DNA of 64,000 nucleotides from Candidatus Saccharicenans sp. (GTDB lineage Bacteria; Acidobacteriota; Aminicenantia; Aminicenantales; Saccharicenantaceae): assembly GCA_024653215.1 (NCBI GenBank), contig JANLFU010000010.1, positions 19,625-83,624 of the forward strand, given 5' to 3'. Of this stretch, positions 49,415 to 58,639 are shown piece after piece. Under the pieces are notes generated by a model. It was not told the origin of the DNA. It did not search any database and saw only the letters and a program-made list of their open reading frames with translations. How positions within the stretch are numbered: position 1 is the first letter of the stretch; each line of letters begins with the position of its first letter. The translations under genes were made by a program, and so were the position numbers.

Positions 49415-50254
49415 ATGGAAGAAAATCAGGCCTTTCTCAGGGGGCAAAGACCCGAAATCAGGAAGCGAACAGCCGGCAACTGGCTGGCCTGGCTCAACCT
49501 GGTCGGCTTCCTGGGCATGATTGTGGTCAACTACCTGGCCAATGCCCTGCCCATCAACAACCTGAACACCGGACAGCTTTCCGATAAGTACCCCAACCTT
49601 TTCGTCCCGGCCGGCTTTACCTTTTCCATCTGGGGAGTTATCTACCTGCTCCTAGCTGTCTTTGTCTTCTTCTCGCTTAAGCAGGCCATAACGGGGCGCG
49701 AGGTTTTCCCGGCTTTTAAGGCCATCGGGCTGCTATTTTTCCTGACCTGCCTGGCCAACGCCGGCTGGATTTTCGCCTGGCACTATGAACAGCTTCTTCT
49801 TTCGCTCCTGGTAATGTTGACCCTGCTGGTGCTGCTGGTAATAATTTACCAGCGACTGAGCCGTCGCCCCTACGAAGAAAAGCAGCACGACCGCTTCCCG
49901 GCCCGGCTGCCCTTCAGCATCTACCTGGCCTGGATATCAGTTGCCACCGTGGCCAACACCACCGCCGTCCTGGTTGGCTTCAAATGGAACCGTTTTGGCC
50001 TCAGCGAGCAGTTCTGGACCATCGTCGTCCTGGCTCTGATCACGGTCCTGACCCTGGTTTTCATGCTCAAGAAAAAAGACCTCCTGTTCGGGCTGACGGC
50101 CATCTGGGCCCTTTCCGGGATTCTCTACAAGAGGGTCCAGGATACCGCGGCCGCCGACCGGGCCGTAGAAACGGCAATTGTCGCCGCCCTGTTCATCATC
50201 CTGCTGGCCCTGATCCTTATGGTTGTTGTCCGTCCGGCCGGAAAAGCTGCTTAG
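49415..50254 (+). CDS. TspO/MBR-like tryptophan-rich membrane protein
   Basis: NYLANALP, SDKYP.LFVPAGFTFSIWG.IY and FSIYLAWISVATVAN. Confidence 0.82.
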   Translation: MEENQAFLRGQRPEIRKRTAGNWLAWLNLVGFLGMIVVNYLANALPINNLNTGQLSDKYPNLFVPAGFTFSIWGVIYLLLAVFVFFSLKQAITGREVFPAFKAIGLLFFLTCLANAGWIFAWHYEQLLLSLLVMLTLLVLLVIIYQRLSRRPYEEKQHDRFPARLPFSIYLAWISVATVANTTAVLVGFKWNRFGLSEQFWTIVVLALITVLTLVFMLKKKDLLFGLTAIWALSGILYKRVQDTAAADRAVETAIVAALFIILLALILMVVVRPAGKAA

Positions 50255-50583
50255 TGCTGCAGGGAGTCTTTTCCCGGTTTAATTTGCAGGAGGGAACCCC
50301 AAATACGAACAAGATTCTATGAGCTTGATAAAGCCCTCCCGGTGGCTGCGCAGATTCAGACATTAAGGAGAGAACTTTAATTTCCGAACAAGATAACCAT
50401 GGGAAGGCTAAAGAACTTTCCTGAAATAAAAAAAGAAGGGAACCCACTTAACACCCGAGCCTTGGCTGGACTGCTCACAACCCATCCCATGCCCTGGTCA
50501 TATGACTCTTTTCAGGAATAAATATTTACTTGACTTTATTAGCCCGGCTGGAATAAAGAAAAAGTATAAAGGAGGGAAGCGCC

Positions 50584-51486
50584 ATGAAAAAGCTAGCTAT
50601 CCTGTTCTTTCTCTTTATTTTTCTTGCCACCTTCCCCGGCCTGGCTGATAAGACGGTCCGGGACCCGGAAGAGGCCACCCACATCCTGGTGGGAGAAGTG
50701 GCCGAGGTGGAAGGGTACTACGATTACAATGAATACGGCGACTACCTGATCTTCAGCCGGGTGACGGTCCGGGTGGACAAAGAGCTTAAGGGCCGGGCCG
50801 AGAAATTCGTTGCCTTCTCGGTCGAGGGCGGCGAGGTTGGGGACCTGGGGCTGAGGGTTTCCAACACACCAGCATTCAAGAAAGGCCAGGTCCACAAGTT
50901 CTACTTAAAAAAGCTGAATGCCGTCTATAAATTAATCAAGCAGGAAAAACTCCAGCCCGAGGCCAAAGCCCAGACCGTATGCTGTCTCACCTTTGCTAAA
51001 TGGCCCTCAAAAACGGCCACCTTTTACCTTAATCCAAACTGCAATGACATGACCTCAAGCTGCACTTATTCAGAGATCGACCTGGGCTCGGGGAGCTGGC
51101 AGCCAGTTTTCAATTTGGTCATCGGCGGCACAACTTCCCTGACCAAGGTCAAGCAGGACTACCAGAACATAGTCTTCTTCAGAAAAGTCAAAGGCGGGAG
51201 CACCATCGCCGTTACCTATACCTGGTACAACCGGACCACCGGAGAAATCATCGAGTTCGACATGATGTTCTACGATGGCTGGAAGTATTTCAGCTTTAAC
51301 AATGCCTGCACCGCAACCTGCAACGGCGGTTTCTACCTGAGCGTTATCGCCGCCCACGAGTTCGGGCATGCCATAGGAATTGACCACAACGACTGCACCA
51401 CTTCCATCATGTACCCATACGCCGATTACTGCGAAACCGGCCTGGTGCAGAGCGATGATAGGGCCTGCGCCGCCACGATTTATTGA
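50584..51486 (+). CDS. Secreted matrixin-like (M10/metzincin) metalloprotease
   Basis: HEFGHAIGIDH plus Met-turn SIMYP; signal peptide and N-terminal pro-domain. Confidence 0.88.
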   Translation: MKKLAILFFLFIFLATFPGLADKTVRDPEEATHILVGEVAEVEGYYDYNEYGDYLIFSRVTVRVDKELKGRAEKFVAFSVEGGEVGDLGLRVSNTPAFKKGQVHKFYLKKLNAVYKLIKQEKLQPEAKAQTVCCLTFAKWPSKTATFYLNPNCNDMTSSCTYSEIDLGSGSWQPVFNLVIGGTTSLTKVKQDYQNIVFFRKVKGGSTIAVTYTWYNRTTGEIIEFDMMFYDGWKYFSFNNACTATCNGGFYLSVIAAHEFGHAIGIDHNDCTTSIMYPYADYCETGLVQSDDRACAATIY

Positions 51487-51695
51487 TGGGATAGAAGATC
51501 GCAAATAATAAGACGGCAGGCGCGCTGGACCCGGCATCCAGTTCAGGATAAAAGAAATATGATTTCCAGGCCGGATAATTAGCGGGGATAACCCTGGGGT
51601 TTCTTAGGTTTTTCCTGAACCAGGCTATTCTTACTCTAACTAAACTCTAACTAAAACAGATTAATATTCAAAATATTCTGCCGAGATCTTTTACC

Positions 51696-51740
51696 TAAAG
51701 GAGAGAGCAAAAATCATCTGGCTTATCTCTCCTTTTTGTT
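51696..51740 (+). terminator. Possible terminator hairpin downstream of matrixin
   Basis: aaaggagaga...tctctccttt followed by ttgtt; the loop is large. Confidence 0.35.
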
Positions 51741-51971
51741 GAGCTAAATCCATATCCATTTTCTATTAATATGAACTACTTTTGCTCTGACCACCGCCAT
51801 TATTTTTTCTTGTTCTCAAACTGAACAGGTCTCAATTTCAGTCGACTCCAATTATCCAATTTATTGTCCTCACTATCTCCGCTCTCCTGGTCAGCTGTTT
51901 CTTCCTGCCTTTCTTCTATATCAGTCCGGGCGAAAATAGGATAAAATTTGAATGCTGAAAGAAGTATTAAA

Positions 51972-54900
51972 ATGGGCAGAGAGCCAACCAGGGAGACCCG
52001 GAAGGAGCCTGCCGGCCCCGAACGAACCCGGCTGCAGGACCTGAGGAACGAAATCTCCCGGCTTCTGCCCGAAGCCATGCTCCGGGATTCTTACCAGGCG
52101 CGGGAGAGACTGGTTCAGCTTCTTACTTCCAGCCTGCCCCGAAAAAACCCGGCCAGGGCAGTCGAGGTCTTGGTCCGCCTGAAACAGAGACTTCAAGAAT
52201 CGGCCGAGGAAAAAAGGGCCCGCCACCGTAAAAAACCCCGCCTGTCCTATCCCCGCGAGCTGCCCATAACCCGGCACCGCCAGGAAATAGTCCGGGCCAT
52301 AAGGGACAACCGGGTCATCATCGTCAGTGGCGAGACCGGCTGTGGCAAGAGCACCCAGCTGCCCAAGATGTGCCTGGAGGCCGGTCGGGGGCTGGCCGGG
52401 AAAATCGCCTGTACCCAGCCCCGGCGGATTGCGGCCATGACCATCGCCCAGCGAATTTCCGAGGAGCTGGGCCAGCCCCTGGGAAAAGCCGTCGGCTACA
52501 AGATTCGCTTCCAGGACCGCACCTCTCCCGGCTCCTACATCAAGGTCCTGACCGACGGTATGCTGCTGGCTGAAACCCAGGGCGACCGCCTGCTGACCGA
52601 GTACGACACCATCATCATCGACGAAGCCCACGAGCGCAGCCTGAACATTGACTTTCTTATCGGTCTCTGCCGGCGCCTTCTGGAAAAACGCCCCGAACTC
52701 AAACTTATCATCACCTCGGCCACCCTGGAAGTGGAAAAATTCGTTGAGGCTTTCAACCATCCCCCGCTCTTCAAGGTCAGCGGGCGGATGTACCCGGTGG
52801 AGGTGATTTATTACGAGCCGGAGTCTGCCCGCCAGAAAAAAGAAGAGCCCGACTACGTTGACCTGGCCGTGGAGGCAGTCAACTTCATCAAGCGGGAAAA
52901 GCCGCCTGGCGACATCCTGATTTTCATGCCCACCGAGCAGGACATCCTGGAAACCTGCCAGCGCCTGCAGGGCAAGCATTACCCGGACTCGGTCATCCTG
53001 CCGCTGTTTGCCCGGATGCCGGCTCACCAGCAGAAGCAGATATATCATGTAAAAGAAGGAAAAATCGTGGTGGCCACCAACGTGGCCGAAACTTCGCTGA
53101 CCATTCCCGGAATCCGTTACGTGGTGGACACCGGCCTGGCCCGCATCTCGCAGTACCAGACCTCATCCGGAATCCACAGCCTGCCGATTCTGCCCATCTC
53201 CCGGGCCAGCTCCGAGCAGCGCAAGGGTCGCTGCGGCCGGGTGAGCGCCGGCCTGTGCCTCCGTCTTTACTCGGAAGAAGATTACCGGTCCCGGCCCGAG
53301 CACACCCCGCCAGAAATCCTGCGCAGCAACCTGGCCGAGGTCATCCTGCGGATGCTCGACCTGGAACTGGGCGACCCGCTCAAGTTTCCCTTCCTGGACC
53401 CGCCGGCCGCCCGGGCAGTGCGCGACGGCTACCGGACCCTAGTGGAGCTGGGTGCCCTGGAGAGCTCTGAATCCGGCTATGAACTGACCGACCTGGGCCG
53501 GAAGATGGCCCGCCTGCCACTCGACCCAAGGCTGGCGCGGATGCTGCTTGAAGCCGAGCGGCGAGGTTGCCTGGATGAGGTGGCTGTCATCGCCGCCGCC
53601 CTGAGCATCCAGGACCCGCGCCTGCGGCCCCTGGAAAAGGCGGCCGACGCTGACCGCGTCCAGTCCGTCTTCCAGCACCCGGAATCGGATTTCCTGACCT
53701 TCTTCAACCTGTGGCAGGCCCTCCAGACCGCCAGCCAGGGGCAACCTTCAGGCCCCGGACTTAAGAAATTTGCCCGCGATTACTTTCTTTCCTACAACCG
53801 GCTGCGGGAATGGATTTTTGTCCACAACCAGATTTTAGAAATTCTCGAAGAACAGAAAATCCGGGTCAGCCGACCGGCCCGGCCGCGGGAGGCTGAAACA
53901 GACCGTTACTCGGCCATCCATAAGTCCATCCTGGGCGGTTTCATCTCTCACCTGGCTGCCCACAAGGAAAAGAATATCTACGAAGCGGCCCGTGGCCAGG
54001 AAGCCATGCTCTGGCCGGGCTCGGCCCTTTTCCGGAAGCCGCCGGCCTGGGTGGTGGCGGCCGAGCTCATCAAGACCAACCGGTTATACCTGAGGACCGT
54101 GGCCCGCATCTCGCCAGCCTGGGTGGAAGAGCTGGCCCCGCATCTCTGCCGCTATTCCTACGAAGACCCTTACTGGGACCGGAACCGGGGCCAGGTTCGG
54201 GCCAAGGAGAGAGTTACCATCTTTAACCTGTCGATAATCAGCGGTCGGGACGTGCCCTTCGGCCGCCAGGACCCGGCGCTGGCCCACGAAATCTTCGTGG
54301 ACGAAGCCCTGGTCAAAAACCAGGTTAACCGCCAGCTTCCCTTCCTCGAACACAACCACCGGCTGGTCAGCCGGGTGCGCCTGCTGGAAGACAAGCTCCG
54401 CCAGCGGAATATCATGATTCCCGGGCAATATCTTTTTGATTTTTATTCCGGACGCCTGCAGGGGGTTTACAGCCTGGAAGGACTGGAGCAGAGGATTAAA
54501 AACGCCGGCGGCGACGACTTCCTCAGGCTCCAGGAAGAAAACCTCTACCTGACCAGGCCGAAAGAAGAGCTGGTGGAAAAGTATCCCGACAGCCTGAAGA
54601 TTCTCGGGCACACTTACCAGCTAAAGTACCGCTTCGCACCGGGCGAGGACGATGACGGGGTGACGATTGTGGTCCCGCGGAAGCTCATCGACCAGGTCCC
54701 CGAAGCGCTGCTGACCTGGCCGGTTCCGGGCCTGCTCCAGGAAAAGGTCGAAGCCTGCCTGAAAGCCCTGCCCAAGGAATACCGACGGCTCCTGCAGCCA
54801 CTGGGAGAAAGGGCCGAGCAGATCGCCCGGGAGCTGAAGCCAGCCCCCGTGTCCTTTTTTACGGCCCTGGCCGCGCTCCTCAGGGACCGCTACAAGATGG

Positions 54901-55988
54901 ATATTCCCAGGGACGTCTGGGAAAAACTGGAAATCCCGCGCTACCTCAAAATGAGAATCTCGATCGTTAACGAAGCCGGCCAGGAAGTCCTCAGCGGTCG
55001 CGACCTCGATTTCCTTAAGAAGATGCTCAGCAGCCAGGCCCGGCAGCCGGCAGCCGAAGAGTCGCCGGGCTGGCGGGAAGCCAGAGCCAGGTGGGAAAAG
55101 AGCGGCCTGGCCGGCTGGGAAGAAACCATTCCGGAAATTCCCGAAGAAGTGGCCATAGACGATTTCCTGAAAGGTTACCCGGCCCTCACTGCCAGCGGTG
55201 AAAAATTTGAAGTCCGGCTTTTCAAGAGCCAGGACGAGGCCAGGCAGGCCCATCTCCGGGCGGTGGAAGAAATCCTGAGCCGGCAATTCCAGAAGGACCT
55301 GAACTTCATCCAGCGAAGTTATGTCTTTCCGGAAGACTTGCGACCGGTGATGCTGTTTTTCGGGGGCGAGGCAGCCCTCAAGAGCCGCATTTTGCAGAGG
55401 ATTAAGGCGGAAGTTTTCCAGAAGAACTTCCGAAGGCGGGAAGAACTCCAGGCCTTTATCAGGGACAGCGCCCTGAAACAACTTTTTGAGACCGGGCACC
55501 GGGTTTTTTCCGCCGTCCAGGAAATTCTCCAGGAATACCGGAAAACCAGGGCCCTCATCCAGGAGATGGAAGAAGCCAGGAGAAAGCTCGGGGTGAGTTC
55601 AACCCTGCCCGAATTGCTGAAAGAGGAGCTTACCCGTTTGGTGCCGCCGGACTTCCTGGCAGTCTATCCTTCAGACTTCCTGGCCCGGCTGCCGCGTATG
55701 GTCCAGGCCCTGGGCCTTCGGGCTGAAAGGGCCAGGCTGTCGGCCGAAAAAGACCGGGCCAAGGCCACCCAGGTCGAGCCTTTCCTGGCCGAGTACGAGC
55801 GCCTGAGCCGGCTGGCCCGAAAGAAACCTGGCCCGGAAAAAGAGAAATTGCTCTTTGAGCTGCGCTGGATGATCGAAGAGTTCAAGGTCTCGCTCTTTGC
55901 CCCGGAAATCAAGACGGCTTTCCCGGTCAGCGCCAAGCGCCTGGCCGCGCGGGTCAAAGAAATTGAAGCACTCCTGGAACAGGGTTAA
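51972..55988 (+). CDS. hrpA: ATP-dependent RNA helicase HrpA
   Basis: GETGCGKST, TQPRRIAA, DEAH, SAT, QRKGRCGR and C-terminal WMIEEFKVSLFA (DUF3418). Confidence 0.95.
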   Translation: MGREPTRETRKEPAGPERTRLQDLRNEISRLLPEAMLRDSYQARERLVQLLTSSLPRKNPARAVEVLVRLKQRLQESAEEKRARHRKKPRLSYPRELPITRHRQEIVRAIRDNRVIIVSGETGCGKSTQLPKMCLEAGRGLAGKIACTQPRRIAAMTIAQRISEELGQPLGKAVGYKIRFQDRTSPGSYIKVLTDGMLLAETQGDRLLTEYDTIIIDEAHERSLNIDFLIGLCRRLLEKRPELKLIITSATLEVEKFVEAFNHPPLFKVSGRMYPVEVIYYEPESARQKKEEPDYVDLAVEAVNFIKREKPPGDILIFMPTEQDILETCQRLQGKHYPDSVILPLFARMPAHQQKQIYHVKEGKIVVATNVAETSLTIPGIRYVVDTGLARISQYQTSSGIHSLPILPISRASSEQRKGRCGRVSAGLCLRLYSEEDYRSRPEHTPPEILRSNLAEVILRMLDLELGDPLKFPFLDPPAARAVRDGYRTLVELGALESSESGYELTDLGRKMARLPLDPRLARMLLEAERRGCLDEVAVIAAALSIQDPRLRPLEKAADADRVQSVFQHPESDFLTFFNLWQALQTASQGQPSGPGLKKFARDYFLSYNRLREWIFVHNQILEILEEQKIRVSRPARPREAETDRYSAIHKSILGGFISHLAAHKEKNIYEAARGQEAMLWPGSALFRKPPAWVVAAELIKTNRLYLRTVARISPAWVEELAPHLCRYSYEDPYWDRNRGQVRAKERVTIFNLSIISGRDVPFGRQDPALAHEIFVDEALVKNQVNRQLPFLEHNHRLVSRVRLLEDKLRQRNIMIPGQYLFDFYSGRLQGVYSLEGLEQRIKNAGGDDFLRLQEENLYLTRPKEELVEKYPDSLKILGHTYQLKYRFAPGEDDDGVTIVVPRKLIDQVPEALLTWPVPGLLQEKVEACLKALPKEYRRLLQPLGERAEQIARELKPAPVSFFTALAALLRDRYKMDIPRDVWEKLEIPRYLKMRISIVNEAGQEVLSGRDLDFLKKMLSSQARQPAAEESPGWREARARWEKSGLAGWEETIPEIPEEVAIDDFLKGYPALTASGEKFEVRLFKSQDEARQAHLRAVEEILSRQFQKDLNFIQRSYVFPEDLRPVMLFFGGEAALKSRILQRIKAEVFQKNFRRREELQAFIRDSALKQLFETGHRVFSAVQEILQEYRKTRALIQEMEEARRKLGVSSTLPELLKEELTRLVPPDFLAVYPSDFLARLPRMVQALGLRAERARLSAEKDRAKATQVEPFLAEYERLSRLARKKPGPEKEKLLFELRWMIEEFKVSLFAPEIKTAFPVSAKRLAARVKEIEALLEQG

Positions 55989-56322
55989 GGGAATTTTCCC
56001 ATCTGCGGTAATAATCGGACAGCTTCCTACTTATCGGTGTGCGGGGTCAGATAAATTATCGAAACATCAGGGCAAGAAGGACAGGTGTTATTACACATTC
56101 GGCCCGGCTCTACAGTTGCATCATTCCGGGCTCCGGATTTATAAGGTCTCTGCCTGGCCAGGGGACCGCATCAAAGAGCGCGGTCAACAAGCTGAAGCGA
56201 TTTGACTATTATGCCGCCTGCGGCAATGTCGGCAGGACTTGTTCTACCAGCTCCTCTGCCTGCTCTCTGAATTGGGCCCTTCCGATTTTAGCCTGTATTT
56301 TCATGCGCTTAGGATAGAGCCA

Positions 56323-56344
56323 TATATGAATGAAGTTTCATATA
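56323..56344. promoter_or_regulatory. Palindromic operator ATATGAA-N6-TTCATAT (copy 2), overlapping a TATAAT
   Basis: tatatgaa tgaagt ttcatata; TATAAT at 56341-56346; upstream of the MaoC gene. Confidence 0.7.
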
Positions 56345-56509
56345 ATAAAAAGGGTTGAAGTGAAGCTTAAAATTAAATAGATATATAATGCCCTTAAAAC
56401 AAGTCGGCTGCTTCAAGAAGGTGGCCGGGGATGAATGGTCAGATGGTCCGGGCAAACCCGCGGTCAGCCTGACCGGGTCGGGCCGGAACCAGGGCCGGTG
56501 GAGGTTCAA

Positions 56510-57010
56510 ATGAGTGATGAGAAGATAAGCGGGAACAGCGTACAGGGAATGGACGAAAAAAAGATAAAGCCCCGCCTGCTTAAAAAAATGCTCGGCCAGG
56601 AATTCTGCCTCTCCGACTGGCTGACCATGACCCAGGACCGAATTAACGCCTTTGCCGATTGCACCGAGGACCACCAGTGGATTCACGTCGACCTGGAGAG
56701 GGCCAGCCGGAGCCCGCTCAAGAGCACCATCGCCCACGGCTTTCTTCTGCTGTCGCTTCTGCCCCATTTCCTGGCCCAGTCGCCCCTGGCCAGGATCAAG
56801 GTCCGGATGATTTTCAACTACGGCCTGGACCGGATCAGGTTCATCCAGCCGGTCAGGCCGGGAGACCGCATCAGGAACCGGGCCGTGCTAAAAGAAATTA
56901 AAAGGAAAGGTTTCCGCCGCTGGCTGGTGAAAATTGAAAACACCCTGGAAATAGACGGCAACCCCAAGCCGGCCCTGGTGGCCGAGCTCCTGGTCTTCGT
57001 GATTTTCTGA
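56510..57010 (+). CDS. MaoC-family (hot-dog fold) dehydratase, NodN-like
   Basis: FADCTEDHQWIHVD, TIAHGFL and NYGLDRIRF..PV; RBS ggagg before ATG 56510. Confidence 0.9.
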   Translation: MSDEKISGNSVQGMDEKKIKPRLLKKMLGQEFCLSDWLTMTQDRINAFADCTEDHQWIHVDLERASRSPLKSTIAHGFLLLSLLPHFLAQSPLARIKVRMIFNYGLDRIRFIQPVRPGDRIRNRAVLKEIKRKGFRRWLVKIENTLEIDGNPKPALVAELLVFVIF

Positions 57011-57031
57011 GGCCGGAAACCGCGGCTTCAA

Positions 57032-58213
57032 TCAGCGACCGGCGGCCAGGTCTTTCAGGATGTCCACGGTCCGGTCTATTTCTTCGAAGGAATTGTAGAT
57101 ATGGGTGGACTGGCGCACTCCGTAGACCTCGCCCATTGACCGGGGCCGAAGTCGGGCCCTCTTCCAGAGCTCATCCTGGATAAAATTCCCGGTCAGGCCT
57201 TCAATGTTGTAAACGGTAATCCCGGCGGCCATTTCGGGGTGAAGCGGGGTAAATAGCTGAATTCCCGGAACTTCCTGCAACCTGGTCCTCAGGTAATCAC
57301 CGAGGGCCTTGATCCGGGCATAGACCCGCTCCGGGCCAAGTTCAAAATGAAAATCAAGGGCCTCGTCCAGTCCGAAAAGAAGCGACAGGTTGCCGGTGCC
57401 CCGCTGGCCCAGGCGGAAGCCGTGGTCTTCCTGGTTATCCCACTGGGTGCTGGCCAGGGTGGTCCAGACTTTCCCGGCCATGTCGCGCCGGAGATATAAG
57501 AAGCCGTTACCGGCCGGGGCGCAGAGCCACTTGTGAAAGCTGCCGTAGTAAGCGTCGCAGCCGAGTTCTTTCAGGTCAACCCGGATCTGGCCGACGGTCT
57601 GGGCCCCGTCTATGACCGTGAAAATTCCCCGCTGCCGGGCTTCGGCGCAGAGCTCTTTAACCGGCAGGATGGCCCCGCTGCCGGTGATGATATGGGGAAT
57701 GGCCAGGACCCTGGTTCTTGGGCCCATGGCCTGAACGAAGGTGTCGATAACTTCCCGCGGCGATTTGATCGGTTTTCCGAGCGGCAACTGGCGGTAGACA
57801 ACACCGCAGCGTTTGGCCTTGAGCTTCCAGCCGGACTCGCCGCCGGGATGTTCCTGGTCGGTTCCCAGGACCTCATCCCCTTCTTTGAGGTCAAGCCCGT
57901 TCGAGATGTAGTTCATTCCGGCCGTGGCATTTTCGGTCAGGGCAATTTCCCCGGCCTGGCAGTTCAGCAACCGGGCGATTTTCTCCCTGATTTCAGTCCA
58001 GGGCTGGTAGCCTGAAATCCAGTCGGCCCCGTAATAATCCCACTCGGCAATCTTTTCGGCCGTGAGCCGAAGGTGGTTGACAACCCGGTCCAGGACCCGT
58101 CGGGGCATGGCCCCCAGGGTGCCGGTGTTGAAAAAGACCTGGCCAGGGTCGAGCAGGAATTCCGCCCTCACTTTCTTCCAGAATTCTTTTTCTTCGGCTT
58201 CCCGCTCCAGCAT
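57032..58213 (-). CDS. PLP-dependent class V aminotransferase-fold enzyme (cysteine/cystine lyase- or isopenicillin-N-epimerase-like)
   Basis: FFNTGTLG, NATAG, QEHP, DGAQ and SFHKWL (PLP Lys); RBS ggagga. It lacks the IscS/SufS catalytic Cys loop. Confidence 0.88.
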   Translation of the reverse strand: MLEREAEEKEFWKKVRAEFLLDPGQVFFNTGTLGAMPRRVLDRVVNHLRLTAEKIAEWDYYGADWISGYQPWTEIREKIARLLNCQAGEIALTENATAGMNYISNGLDLKEGDEVLGTDQEHPGGESGWKLKAKRCGVVYRQLPLGKPIKSPREVIDTFVQAMGPRTRVLAIPHIITGSGAILPVKELCAEARQRGIFTVIDGAQTVGQIRVDLKELGCDAYYGSFHKWLCAPAGNGFLYLRRDMAGKVWTTLASTQWDNQEDHGFRLGQRGTGNLSLLFGLDEALDFHFELGPERVYARIKALGDYLRTRLQEVPGIQLFTPLHPEMAAGITVYNIEGLTGNFIQDELWKRARLRPRSMGEVYGVRQSTHIYNSFEEIDRTVDILKDLAAGR

Positions 58214-58476
58214 TTTCTCCTCCCGGACTGAAATTTCCCAGAAATTTTCCCGGCCCGAAACCGCTGAGCAGACCGGGACAGGTTCAGGAATCTTCGACTA
58301 CGGCTGTAAGCCACTTCCTGGATTCAAGGCTTCCAGTCACCTGATTCCTGCCTGAGCCAATAAGTTTAGCCGATTCTTACCCATTGATAAAGTGAGCTAC
58401 AGCTTATAAGAAATAAATTCTGTGGACCGGTTATTCTTCTGCCAGGACACGGTCTCAAAGGCTCAGGAAAAATACT

Positions 58477-58504
58477 CAATATATGAACATCCATTCATAT
58501 ATTG
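58477..58504. promoter_or_regulatory. Palindromic operator ATATGAA-N6-TTCATAT (copy 3, 11-6-11)
   Basis: caatatatgaa catcca ttcatatattg, upstream of the class V PLP gene. Confidence 0.72.
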
Positions 58505-58639
58505 TTCTCAGGACACAGAGATATTTGTAATTATTCTTCGAATGCATAAAAAATCTCTGCGCCAGGGAACTTATCCCCTCGATGACCATCAGCTCATTTA
58601 ATCAGAATGTTACGGTCCTTTATTAAATCCCGTCCCGGC

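Noticed and set aside
10636-53048. Long antisense or alternative-frame ORFs (e.g. 10636-11604, 26941-27966, 43897-45030, 51921-53048)
   Set aside because: They are shadow ORFs of well-supported genes, expected from high GC at third codon positions.
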